NCBI GenBank assembly: GCA_023247155.1
Contig: JAHFGZ010000001.1
Span: forward strand, 20,540 to 63,362
From: Candidatus Omnitrophota bacterium
GTDB taxonomy: Bacteria; Omnitrophota; Gorgyraeia; Aquiviventales; Aquiviventaceae
Length of the DNA stretch: 42,823 nt
Direction: 5' to 3'
In this document: one piece after another, positions 34,827 through 42,521 of the stretch
How the letters are laid out: each line of letters starts with the position of its first letter
Position numbering within the stretch: the first letter of the stretch is position 1
Notes under the pieces: generated by a model
What the model was told of the DNA's origin: nothing
The model's input: only the letters and a program-made list of their open reading frames with translations
The model's database searches: none
Position numbers and translations under genes: made by a program

Positions 34827-35696
34827 TCAGTTCGGTCCGGGCTTGGCGCGCGATGGGGCGCGGCGGGCGCGCGGCTTCGCGGTGGGGGACGGCTTCGCGG
34901 CCTTCGGCGTCTCGGACTCGGCACGGGCCGGCTCCGCCGCCTCCTCGACGACGAGATAGCGCGCGAGCACCAGCTCCGCCTCCAGCCGCTCAGCCGAAGC
35001 CCCGCCTGACCCACCCGTCGACGCCGGCCGCACGCGGAGGGCCCGCACATCGATGAGCGGCCGCGCCCGCTGCAGCGCGCCGAGCGCCTTCATCACGTAG
35101 GGCAACGAGGCGGACAGGCGGACCCGGATGGGCAGCCGCAATAGGAACGCGCTCCCATCCTGCCGATCCGGCACCGGTTCCGGATCCTCCACCTTCAAGG
35201 ACGACACGACCGGCACATCCTGCTCGAAGAGCAGCGTCGTCACCTCCTCGATCAACGAGAGCTGCGCGAGCAGACGCGGGACCGTGTCGGACGGGGGCAG
35301 CTCTTTCGGAAACCCCAGCTGCTCGGGCACCGGCACGCCCCGCGCCGCGGAGAGTCGGTCCAGCGTGCGCTGGACCTCGTGGAGGTGCTCTTGGAAGTAG
35401 AGCTGCGGATCGGCCTGGGCGGCGTCGGCCAGCGGAGGGGCGGTGACCGCCTTCAGCCAGTGCTGGTAGCGCCGATCCAGCGAGAGCTGGTGGGCGGTGA
35501 GATGGTCCATCACCTCCTGCGTCGGCGGGATCCCGCCGCTGAGCGCGAGCTTCTTCAGCGCCGCGCGCTTGGCCCGGATCTGGGCGTCCAGGCTCTGGAG
35601 GCTGAGCCGCCAGCCGATGACGCCGGCCAGCGCGGCGCCGGCGACGGTCGCGGCCAGGAGCGGCGGCCACGCGATGGGCGGCCGAGGCTGCGCCAT
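34827..35696 (-). CDS. PilO/GspM-like assembly protein
   Basis: 289 aa from ATG 35696 (ATGA overlap with the upstream gene). TM PPLLAATVAGAALAGVIGW, a coiled coil, a C-terminal alpha/beta domain, and an A/P/K-rich tail. The track extension to 36182 is out-of-frame overlap. Confidence 0.6.
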   Translation of the reverse strand: MAQPRPPIAWPPLLAATVAGAALAGVIGWRLSLQSLDAQIRAKRAALKKLALSGGIPPTQEVMDHLTAHQLSLDRRYQHWLKAVTAPPLADAAQADPQLYFQEHLHEVQRTLDRLSAARGVPVPEQLGFPKELPPSDTVPRLLAQLSLIEEVTTLLFEQDVPVVSSLKVEDPEPVPDRQDGSAFLLRLPIRVRLSASLPYVMKALGALQRARPLIDVRALRVRPASTGGSGGASAERLEAELVLARYLVVEEAAEPARAESETPKAAKPSPTAKPRARRAPSRAKPGPN

Positions 35697-37156
35697 CACG
35701 GGGCGGCTTCGGGTTGCAGGGGGCGCTGGACCTGCACGCTGAAAGCGATGACCTCTTTCCCGAGCGCCTCGTCGGTGATGACGTTCGTCGAGAGCGGTTT
35801 CACCGTGGTCATGCCCGCCTGGCTCTTGAGCTGTTCCAGGAACTTCGTGACGTCCTGAAACGAGGTGGCCCGTCCCTCGAGCAGCCCCTCCAGCAGCCTG
35901 TCGCCTGTTGAGCCGTCCAGCGCCGTCAGCCAGACCTCGCGCGGCATCGCCCCGGCGATCTGCGCAAGGCACCGCGTCAGCGCGGGGGAGTCCGCCGCGA
36001 GCTGCGCAAGCTGGAGGCTGCGTCCCTCGGTGCGTTGCTGACGCTGGATCAGGACGCGGATCTCGGGGCGCAGCGTCTGGTAGAGCCGTTCCCGCTGCTC
36101 GAGCGCCCGCTGGACGCCGATGCGCCTTTCGCGCACCGTGAGCATCCCGTTGGCGCCGGCGAGGAGGGTGACCGCCAGGCACACGCCGCCGGCGACCAGC
36201 GAGGCTCGATGAACCATCCGGGCCTGCGCCTCGCGCTGCGTCCCGTCCAGCAGGTTCAACGGGAGCGGCGCCGCCCCCACCCCTTGCAGGGCCAGGCCCA
36301 GCGCCACCGCCACCCGGTCCGGCGCTTCGACCCGGGCCGCGCCGAAGCTGACGGCTTTCGTGAAATCGGCGCGCTCCACCGCCACCCCGGCCAGCGCCTG
36401 TTGCGCCGGCGCGAGCGCCTCAGGCGGACCCACCAGCCAGACCGGGGGGCCCGCCTCGACGCCCTCCGCACGCAGCGCCTGCCAGGAGGCGGCGACGTGC
36501 TCCCAGAGCGCATCGGCTGAGGGGCTCGTCACCGGCACCACCTGCAGACGGTCGGGGCCCAAGACGCTCCACTCCGCCTGCTGCGGATCGACCAGCGTCA
36601 GCCACGCCGTCGTGGCGCCGCGCGACGGAGGCGCAAGGAGGCTCGCCGCATTCAGCGCCGCGACGCCGTTGACCGCCACCGCGCGCACGGCGAACCCCGC
36701 GCGGCGGCACGCGGAGAGCCGCTCCTCGAGCAGCGAGTGCCGCATGGCCGCCGCCACCGCCTGACGAGGCCGCTGGAGCCACTGGTAGTGCCACGCGGCG
36801 TCGGCCAGCTCAAAGGGGAGGTGCTGTTGGAGCTCAAACTGCACGGCGAGCGCCGCCCGGCGGGGGGTGACCACCAGGGGCTGGACCGTCGTGAGGATGG
36901 CGCTCGTGCTCGGCACGCCGAGCACCACCGGGGCGGTGACGCGCAGACGCTGCCGCACCTCCGCGAGCGCCCGGGTGAGCGGCTCCCCCTGCGAGGTGTC
37001 GCAGGGGGTCTCCTGCGCGGCGAGGAGCCGGAGGCGCGGCCCCGCGCGCTCCACGACGACCGCCCGCAGCGACGAGGGGCCCAGCGCGATGCCGACCCCG
37101 ACCCGCCTCGACGCACGGGCCCGCGTCAGGAGGCCGAGGAATCCGCGGAGGGGCAT
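35696..37156 (-). CDS. PilM-PilN fusion (GspL-like topology)
   Basis: 486 aa. An N-terminal actin-like PilM-type domain (VGVGIALGPSSLRAVVVE), then the LNLL motif, TM (LVAGGVCLAVTLLAGANGML) and a PilN-like periplasmic domain. Confidence 0.65.
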   Translation of the reverse strand: MPLRGFLGLLTRARASRRVGVGIALGPSSLRAVVVERAGPRLRLLAAQETPCDTSQGEPLTRALAEVRQRLRVTAPVVLGVPSTSAILTTVQPLVVTPRRAALAVQFELQQHLPFELADAAWHYQWLQRPRQAVAAAMRHSLLEERLSACRRAGFAVRAVAVNGVAALNAASLLAPPSRGATTAWLTLVDPQQAEWSVLGPDRLQVVPVTSPSADALWEHVAASWQALRAEGVEAGPPVWLVGPPEALAPAQQALAGVAVERADFTKAVSFGAARVEAPDRVAVALGLALQGVGAAPLPLNLLDGTQREAQARMVHRASLVAGGVCLAVTLLAGANGMLTVRERRIGVQRALEQRERLYQTLRPEIRVLIQRQQRTEGRSLQLAQLAADSPALTRCLAQIAGAMPREVWLTALDGSTGDRLLEGLLEGRATSFQDVTKFLEQLKSQAGMTTVKPLSTNVITDEALGKEVIAFSVQVQRPLQPEAAP

Positions 37157-37217
37157 CGTTCAGACGGAGCGATCCATGGGTGGTAGCTTACACCTTCGAC
37201 GCGCGCCTGTCACGGAA

Positions 37218-38753
37218 TCACTCGAGTCTCCACAACTTGATGTGGGGCCCTTTGGGGAATGAGAAGAGCGAGGGCTCGACGCCGACGACCCACGTCCGCT
37301 CCGCCGGAGACGGATCCTCCTCGTCCGGCTGGATGCCCGGGGTGCCGTTGACGTCTTTCGCGGCCTTCACCCGGAAGTAGTGGTTGCCGAAGACCAGGCC
37401 GGAGGCGGCCGCGGTGGCCGTCGGGCTCCAGTCGGACCACGTGTCGTGGTCGAACGCGAAGGCGAACACGCAGCCGCCCTCAGGGCAGCTGAACGTGAAC
37501 GTGGCCGACGGCTCCGGGCTGAACCCTGCGGGCCCGCTGGTGATCGCCGTCTCCGGCGAGAGCAGCAGGAGATCGATGACATCCGACACGGGGCTGGAGG
37601 TGTTGCCCGCTTTGTCGACGAACTTCACGTACACCCGCTGCGGGCCGCGGATGGCCGTCAGCTTCCAGAACTTCCGGATCGCCGCGTAGGGCTCCGCCAC
37701 GTAGCCGGTCACCTCGTCGTTGCTGACGAGCATGCTCGAGAGGCCCGACGTCGCGTCGGAGGCGTCCAGCCCCAGCGTGACGTGGAGGCTCGTCGTCAGC
37801 TCCGCGTCGCCGTTGATGAGGACCGTCCCGGTTGGCGGCTTCGTGTCCAGGGTCACGCTCCAGACGAGCGGCGTCTGGGCGTTGCCCGCGGCGTCGGCCA
37901 GGCGCAGCTCGAGGCTGTTGGCGCCTTCCTTCCAGCCGCCGCCGGTCGCGGTGAGCGTCCCGGTCGCCGGCGCGTAGGACACGCTCGCGGCGCTGCCGTT
38001 CACCAGGAGGCTCAGCGAGGAGGCGTCGACGCCGCTCGCCGCATCCGAGAGGGTCGCCGTCACGTTGGCGGCGGCGTTGAGGAGGCCGCCGGCGTCCGGC
38101 GTATGGGTGGCGATCTGCGGCGGCGTGGTATCCATCCAGAGCTCAATCGACAGCGGCTTCCCGGCGTTGCCCGCGCTGTTGAGCGCCTTGACCGTGAAGG
38201 TGTGCACGCCATCGCTCAACGTGTTGGGGGTGGCCGTCGCCACGTCGAACGAGGTGGAGGTGGTGTCCACGACGTCATCCGGGGCCACGTCCAGGCCGTA
38301 GCTGTACCCCGCCACCTGCTCCGCCCTCGTCACCGGCGGTTCCCAGAGGAAGAGCGGATCGGCGTCCTGCTGCCACGTCTGCGGCGTGATCTTCAGCCCC
38401 AGGGCGTTGGTCTTCGCGTACAGGTCGGCGAGGTCCAGATCGGTGATGGGCGGCGGGGTCGTCGCGGAGAGGCTGGCGCCGAGGAAGCCGGGGACGATGC
38501 GGAACTTGGAGCTGGAGATGCCGACGGCCGATACGCTGTCCCCGATGGACACCTGCTGCCGGAAGTTGGACGAGCTGGAGGTGCCGCCGCCCTGATTGGT
38601 GTTGCCCGTCTCCAATTTCTGGCTGGTCCCCTCGCTGAGCGCCGCCTCCGCCGGGAGCGGGAAGCTGAGGGCGAGGAGCGCCAGTCCCGGTGCCAGGCAC
38701 CATTTGGCGATGCTCATCGCGAGCGAGATGGAGCCAGGCACCGGCCGTCTCAT
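37218..38753 (-). CDS. secreted protein with tandem Ig-like (Big-type) domains
   Basis: 511 aa. Signal peptide ...LLALSFPLPAEA. Repeated DTTPP/DTKPP-initiated domains (MDTTPPQIATHTPD, LDTKPPTGTVLINGD). ATGA overlap with the GspK-like gene. Confidence 0.7.
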   Translation of the reverse strand: MRRPVPGSISLAMSIAKWCLAPGLALLALSFPLPAEAALSEGTSQKLETGNTNQGGGTSSSSNFRQQVSIGDSVSAVGISSSKFRIVPGFLGASLSATTPPPITDLDLADLYAKTNALGLKITPQTWQQDADPLFLWEPPVTRAEQVAGYSYGLDVAPDDVVDTTSTSFDVATATPNTLSDGVHTFTVKALNSAGNAGKPLSIELWMDTTPPQIATHTPDAGGLLNAAANVTATLSDAASGVDASSLSLLVNGSAASVSYAPATGTLTATGGGWKEGANSLELRLADAAGNAQTPLVWSVTLDTKPPTGTVLINGDAELTTSLHVTLGLDASDATSGLSSMLVSNDEVTGYVAEPYAAIRKFWKLTAIRGPQRVYVKFVDKAGNTSSPVSDVIDLLLLSPETAITSGPAGFSPEPSATFTFSCPEGGCVFAFAFDHDTWSDWSPTATAAASGLVFGNHYFRVKAAKDVNGTPGIQPDEEDPSPAERTWVVGVEPSLFSFPKGPHIKLWRLE

Positions 38754-41700
38754 CGCTGGACCACGGTCAAGATGCGCTGCGTGGCGCCGGCCCGATCGTC
38801 GTCCATGGCCTGGCCCACGCTCTGGACCTGGAACACGTCGGACCGCGTCGTCAAGAGATGCGCCACCCGGCGGAACACCGCCAGCTTGGTTTCCTCGTCG
38901 GCCCCCAAGATGTCGCCGAGCAGGAGGTCGCCGATCCCCCGGCCTTTCTCATCTTGGTCCCCGTACGGACGGCCGGCGATGATCCGCGAAATGAGGGCGT
39001 CCGTCATGCCGGGCAATGCCCTGAGGACTTCCAAGGGGGCGGTGTTCACATTGACCGGGCCGACGCGGACGAGCTGCGGGTCGAGCCGGATGTAGTCCAG
39101 GTGGCAGACGCCGCTGGGCGAGGCGCACTGCACCTCGACGGCCAGCGCGTTGGCCGACGGCCCCGTGCCCGCGGCGCCGACCGTCACCTGGCCGACGAGG
39201 AGACGCCCCTGCGCGTTGGCCGACAGCGCCGGCGACCAGTCGGTCAGCGTCCCGTCCGCCTGCTCCCACCGAACGGACATCTGTTCCCCGCTCCAGCCGT
39301 ACAGGCTCAAGCGGTACTGTCCGTCCAGAAGCCCCGGCCACCGCCACCGCGCCGGCACGGCCGGCTGGTCGGTGCTGCTGTGCTCGTAGGAGCCCTCCGC
39401 CTTCTCCTGCCAGGCGTCCCCGCCCGCCTCCAGGCGCCCTTCAGCCTCCAGGCGCAACCCCTCGACCGTCAGCCGGTCGACGAGCCTGGCCAGGTCGGCG
39501 CTCGCGAACGGCTCCCAGGCCTTGCCGCTCGGCAACCCCGCCAGCTCGCCGACCCCCTCGAGCGGCCGGTTCACCACCGTGATCTCCTCGGCCGGATCAT
39601 GCACGATGACCTCCAACCCGATGAGCTCCTTGAGGCCGTTGTTGTCATTGGGCAGGCCGGGGGTGTAGAGCTGCAGCGACGGATACCACTCGTCATCCAC
39701 CCCATCCCCGTCCCCATCCGAGCGCACGCTGGGATCCCCCTTCTCCAGGCTCTGAAAATCGGCCGTCGTCTGCGGCGGCAGCGCGTACTCCACCTCGTCC
39801 ACGGTCGCCGTCCCGTGCTGGAGCCTCAGGCGCGGGACGCCGCCGGCGGCCAGCGACGCCTTCAGCCAATCATCATCGGCCGACGGCGCGCCGTCCGGGA
39901 ACTCGAGCTGAACGGCGTTGACGTCGTCGGCCATCCCCCAGGCCGCGCGCGCCGAGATGCCGTTGCCCCCGAGGCCGGCCGGCGCATCGTCGAGGTCGAC
40001 CGCCGCGACCAGCAGGCCGTGCGCCCCGATCGTGGCACCGTCCGGCAGCCGGGCGGCTCGTCCGCCGGCCAGCTCCCCGGCGATGGTCCAGCCGCCCACG
40101 TCCACGTCCTGATCGCTGAGATTGATGAGCTCCACGTACTCCGCGTCCGGCTGCAGCGAGACGCTGATGCTCTTTAGATAGTATGTCCCCTCGGAGGCGG
40201 TTTTGCCAATAGCGAGGGTGATTTTTCCGTCGGAACCGACCAGGACCGTGGAGGGGTGGCGCTGCTCGTGGGACAGGAGCGCGCTGTTCCCTCCGACCCG
40301 CACCTCTCCGACGGTCTGGCCCGGCGCCGAGCCGAAGACGCGCAGGTGGTACCGGCCGGCCGAAAGCGCCGGGCTGGTCCAGACCCAACGAGCCTGTCCC
40401 ACTCCGCTGTTGGTGCAGACCCCCTGGCCGGCCGGACAGGCCCAGTCGGAGCCCTGGGCGTCAAAGGTCGCCGCCGCGACCTCGAGCGTCTTCGTCGGCT
40501 CCACCATCAGCTCATTGAATCGGACCGCCTCGATGCCGGCCACCACCACCCCGGCGGAGCCGGACGATTCCGAACTGAGCTCAAGGCCCCGGAAGGCGCA
40601 CGCCGTGCCCGCCGGCTCCTGATTGTCCACCTGGACCGTCAGGGTCCCGCTGAGCGTGAAGGTCCCCATCGATTCGTTGGCATCGACCGAGGGGTTGAGC
40701 TGTCCCGCCACCGTCACGTCGCCGACCTTCACCCCGCTCACCCCCAGGGCTCGAATCCGGAAATCCCCGACAGGCACCGGCAACACCCAGGAGAGCGGCC
40801 CTCCTCCCGGAGCGTCGCTCGCGTAGTGCCCCTCCGGCTCATCGCTCCACTCCCACGAGCCCAATGACCCCTGATTCGAGATGATCAAGGTCTGGGCGGA
40901 TTTCGTCACGCGGGAGAGCTCCACGTCCTCATCCACATAATCCGCCATGTTGACCGCCGCCTGCCAGGGATCCGCCACGCCGGCCTCGAACAAGACCGCC
41001 AGGAGCTCCTCGGCGGTCGCGGTGTTCACGTTGACACGCGCAGCACCGGTCACGGCGGCGTTCAGGTCCCAGCTATAGACGGTGGCCACGCGCGAGAGGC
41101 GGCGGATGGCCTCCGCGTCCAGCCCCGCGATGGCGGCCGGATCCTCCAGGCTCTCCAGCCGCCGGTCATCGCCCTGAAGCGCCAAGGGCTGATACTCGTC
41201 CGGCTCGTCGATGGCGCCGTCTCCGTCATCATCGACGCCGGACACGCCGGGCCGCCCGTCCTCCCCATTCCGGTACGCCTCAATCGCTTCGGCGACGGCG
41301 GCGTCGACCCCCGCTTCCCCCAGGAGCGTCGTGAGGTTCAGCGCCCCGAGGACGAGAGGCGACGGGTCGGCGTGCCCGGCGTTGAGGTTGGCCTTGCCGG
41401 ACTCATCCGCCACCAGCACGGCGTACCGCCCGACGGTCCGCTGGCTCGCATCGGCCACCGGCTGCCACTCGGCATCCGGCGTGCCGTCCCCGTCGACATC
41501 GACGTCGCTGCCCTGGAACGCCCTCACCCACGCCTCGGTCGCGTCGTCCACCCGGGACCCCAGGCGGTCTTCATCGAGCAGCGCCCGGGCCACGTTGACG
41601 CCAGCCTCCGCCAGGTACCGGGCCTGGGTCGTCGAGACGAACTGCCGCGTGGCCTGCGTCTCCAGGTACATGGAGAACGCGAAGGCCACGCCCATGATCC

Positions 41701-41839
41701 CGACCACGGTCAGGAGGCTCACCACGATGAGGAGGGCAATGCCGCGTTCAGAAGACCAGCGGTCCAATGCGGAGTGCGGAATGCGGAGTGCGGAATGAAC
41801 ACCAGACCAATGCCGAATTCCGCATTCCGAATTCCGCAT
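38750..41839 (-). CDS. giant GspK-like minor pseudopilin with a lamin-tail-like (LTD) insertion
   Basis: About 1029 aa. N-terminus ERGIALLIVVSLLTVVGIMGVAFAFSMYLETQATRQFVSTTQARYLAEAGV is GspK-like. Two helix-hairpin-helix-like motifs (RVNVNTATAEELLAVL, VNVNTAPLEVLRALPGMTDALISRIIAGRPY). LTD-like AEYVELINLSDQDVDVGGWTI. Start is ATG 41839 or TTG 41767. Confidence 0.75.
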   Translation of the reverse strand: MRNSECGIRHWSGVHSALRIPHSALDRWSSERGIALLIVVSLLTVVGIMGVAFAFSMYLETQATRQFVSTTQARYLAEAGVNVARALLDEDRLGSRVDDATEAWVRAFQGSDVDVDGDGTPDAEWQPVADASQRTVGRYAVLVADESGKANLNAGHADPSPLVLGALNLTTLLGEAGVDAAVAEAIEAYRNGEDGRPGVSGVDDDGDGAIDEPDEYQPLALQGDDRRLESLEDPAAIAGLDAEAIRRLSRVATVYSWDLNAAVTGAARVNVNTATAEELLAVLFEAGVADPWQAAVNMADYVDEDVELSRVTKSAQTLIISNQGSLGSWEWSDEPEGHYASDAPGGGPLSWVLPVPVGDFRIRALGVSGVKVGDVTVAGQLNPSVDANESMGTFTLSGTLTVQVDNQEPAGTACAFRGLELSSESSGSAGVVVAGIEAVRFNELMVEPTKTLEVAAATFDAQGSDWACPAGQGVCTNSGVGQARWVWTSPALSAGRYHLRVFGSAPGQTVGEVRVGGNSALLSHEQRHPSTVLVGSDGKITLAIGKTASEGTYYLKSISVSLQPDAEYVELINLSDQDVDVGGWTIAGELAGGRAARLPDGATIGAHGLLVAAVDLDDAPAGLGGNGISARAAWGMADDVNAVQLEFPDGAPSADDDWLKASLAAGGVPRLRLQHGTATVDEVEYALPPQTTADFQSLEKGDPSVRSDGDGDGVDDEWYPSLQLYTPGLPNDNNGLKELIGLEVIVHDPAEEITVVNRPLEGVGELAGLPSGKAWEPFASADLARLVDRLTVEGLRLEAEGRLEAGGDAWQEKAEGSYEHSSTDQPAVPARWRWPGLLDGQYRLSLYGWSGEQMSVRWEQADGTLTDWSPALSANAQGRLLVGQVTVGAAGTGPSANALAVEVQCASPSGVCHLDYIRLDPQLVRVGPVNVNTAPLEVLRALPGMTDALISRIIAGRPYGDQDEKGRGIGDLLLGDILGADEETKLAVFRRVAHLLTTRSDVFQVQSVGQAMDDDRAGATQRILTVVQR

Positions 41840-41842
41840 TGG
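41764..41842. repeat. 34-nt-arm imperfect inverted repeat built from tandem 11-nt units, at the gspJ-like/gspK-like junction
   Basis: CCAATGCGGAGTGCGGAATGCGGAGTGCGGAATG, then an 11-nt loop, then AATGCCGAATTCCGCATTCCGAATTCCGCATTGG. Confidence 0.8.
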
Positions 41843-41843
41843 T

Positions 41844-42521
41844 CTAGCTGGTGGGGATATAGATGACCGTCTCGAAGCGCTCAGGTCTCTGCCGTCCGAT
41901 CGCCAGGAGGATGTCGACGGCTTTGGGCAGCTGCCCGTCCGGGCCGGTGTGGGTGCGGCCGTCCCAGCGGTCGAGCCATTCGCTCCCGTCGAAATAGGAC
42001 ACCGTGAGCTGGGCCACGTCGCTGCCGCAGAGCTCGCTCGTCCCGGTCGCATAGTCGCCGTCGGCGGGCTCCTCGTCGTGGCACATGAGGTCGCCGTCGG
42101 CGGTGACCCAGTAGCCGCGCTCCACGAAGCCGGTGCGCCCCGGCAGCGTCCCCACGAAGAAGAGCTCATCGGCCGCGCTGCCCTCCCGGAGCGGGTCGTC
42201 TTCGCCGGCCCGGAGGCCGATCAGGGGATAGCGGCTGCTCGCCACGGCGGAGGTCAGCTCGCGGCTGAAGAGGTCGAACAGGAGCCGGGCCTGCTGGTAG
42301 CGTTCCGTCCGCAGCTCCCCGGTGCGCCAGGCCCGGATGATCCCGCGGAACAGCAGGGTGGCCGATGCGCTGACGGTGATGAGGATGGTCATGGCGACAA
42401 GGAGCTCCACCAGCGTCACTCCCCCCCTAAAAAGTACCGGGTACTTTTCCCGCTTCAAAAAGTACCGGGTACTTTTCCCGCTTTGGGAAGTACCCGGTAC
42501 TTCTTCAGTCCTGCCGGACAT
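41844..42521 (-). CDS. GspJ-like minor pseudopilin (prepilin-type N-terminus)
   Basis: G|VTLVELLVAMTILITVSASATLLF methylation motif. C-terminal VSYFDGSEWLDRWDG...LPKAVDILL is typical of GspJ. The start is uncertain: ATG 42521 or TTG 42458 (leader MKREKYPVLFRGG). The track start 42581 is unlikely. Confidence 0.7.
   Translation of the reverse strand: MSGRTEEVPGTSQSGKSTRYFLKREKYPVLFRGGVTLVELLVAMTILITVSASATLLFRGIIRAWRTGELRTERYQQARLLFDLFSRELTSAVASSRYPLIGLRAGEDDPLREGSAADELFFVGTLPGRTGFVERGYWVTADGDLMCHDEEPADGDYATGTSELCGSDVAQLTVSYFDGSEWLDRWDGRTHTGPDGQLPKAVDILLAIGRQRPERFETVIYIPTS
42428..42506 (-). repeat. family-2 palindromic units, 2.8 tandem copies of a 28-bp repeat
   Basis: AAAAAGTACCGGGTACTTTTCCCGCTT(C/T) occurs twice (42429-42456, 42457-42484), followed by GGGAAGTACCCGGTACTTCTTC. 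Each unit contains the dyad AAAGTACC(G/C)GGTACTTT. Confidence 0.85.

Noticed and set aside
42428-42506. CRISPR array interpretation of the tandem units here and at 25121-25200.
   Set aside because: There are only 2-3 directly abutting units of 26-28 bp with no unique spacers, and no cas genes are in the window.
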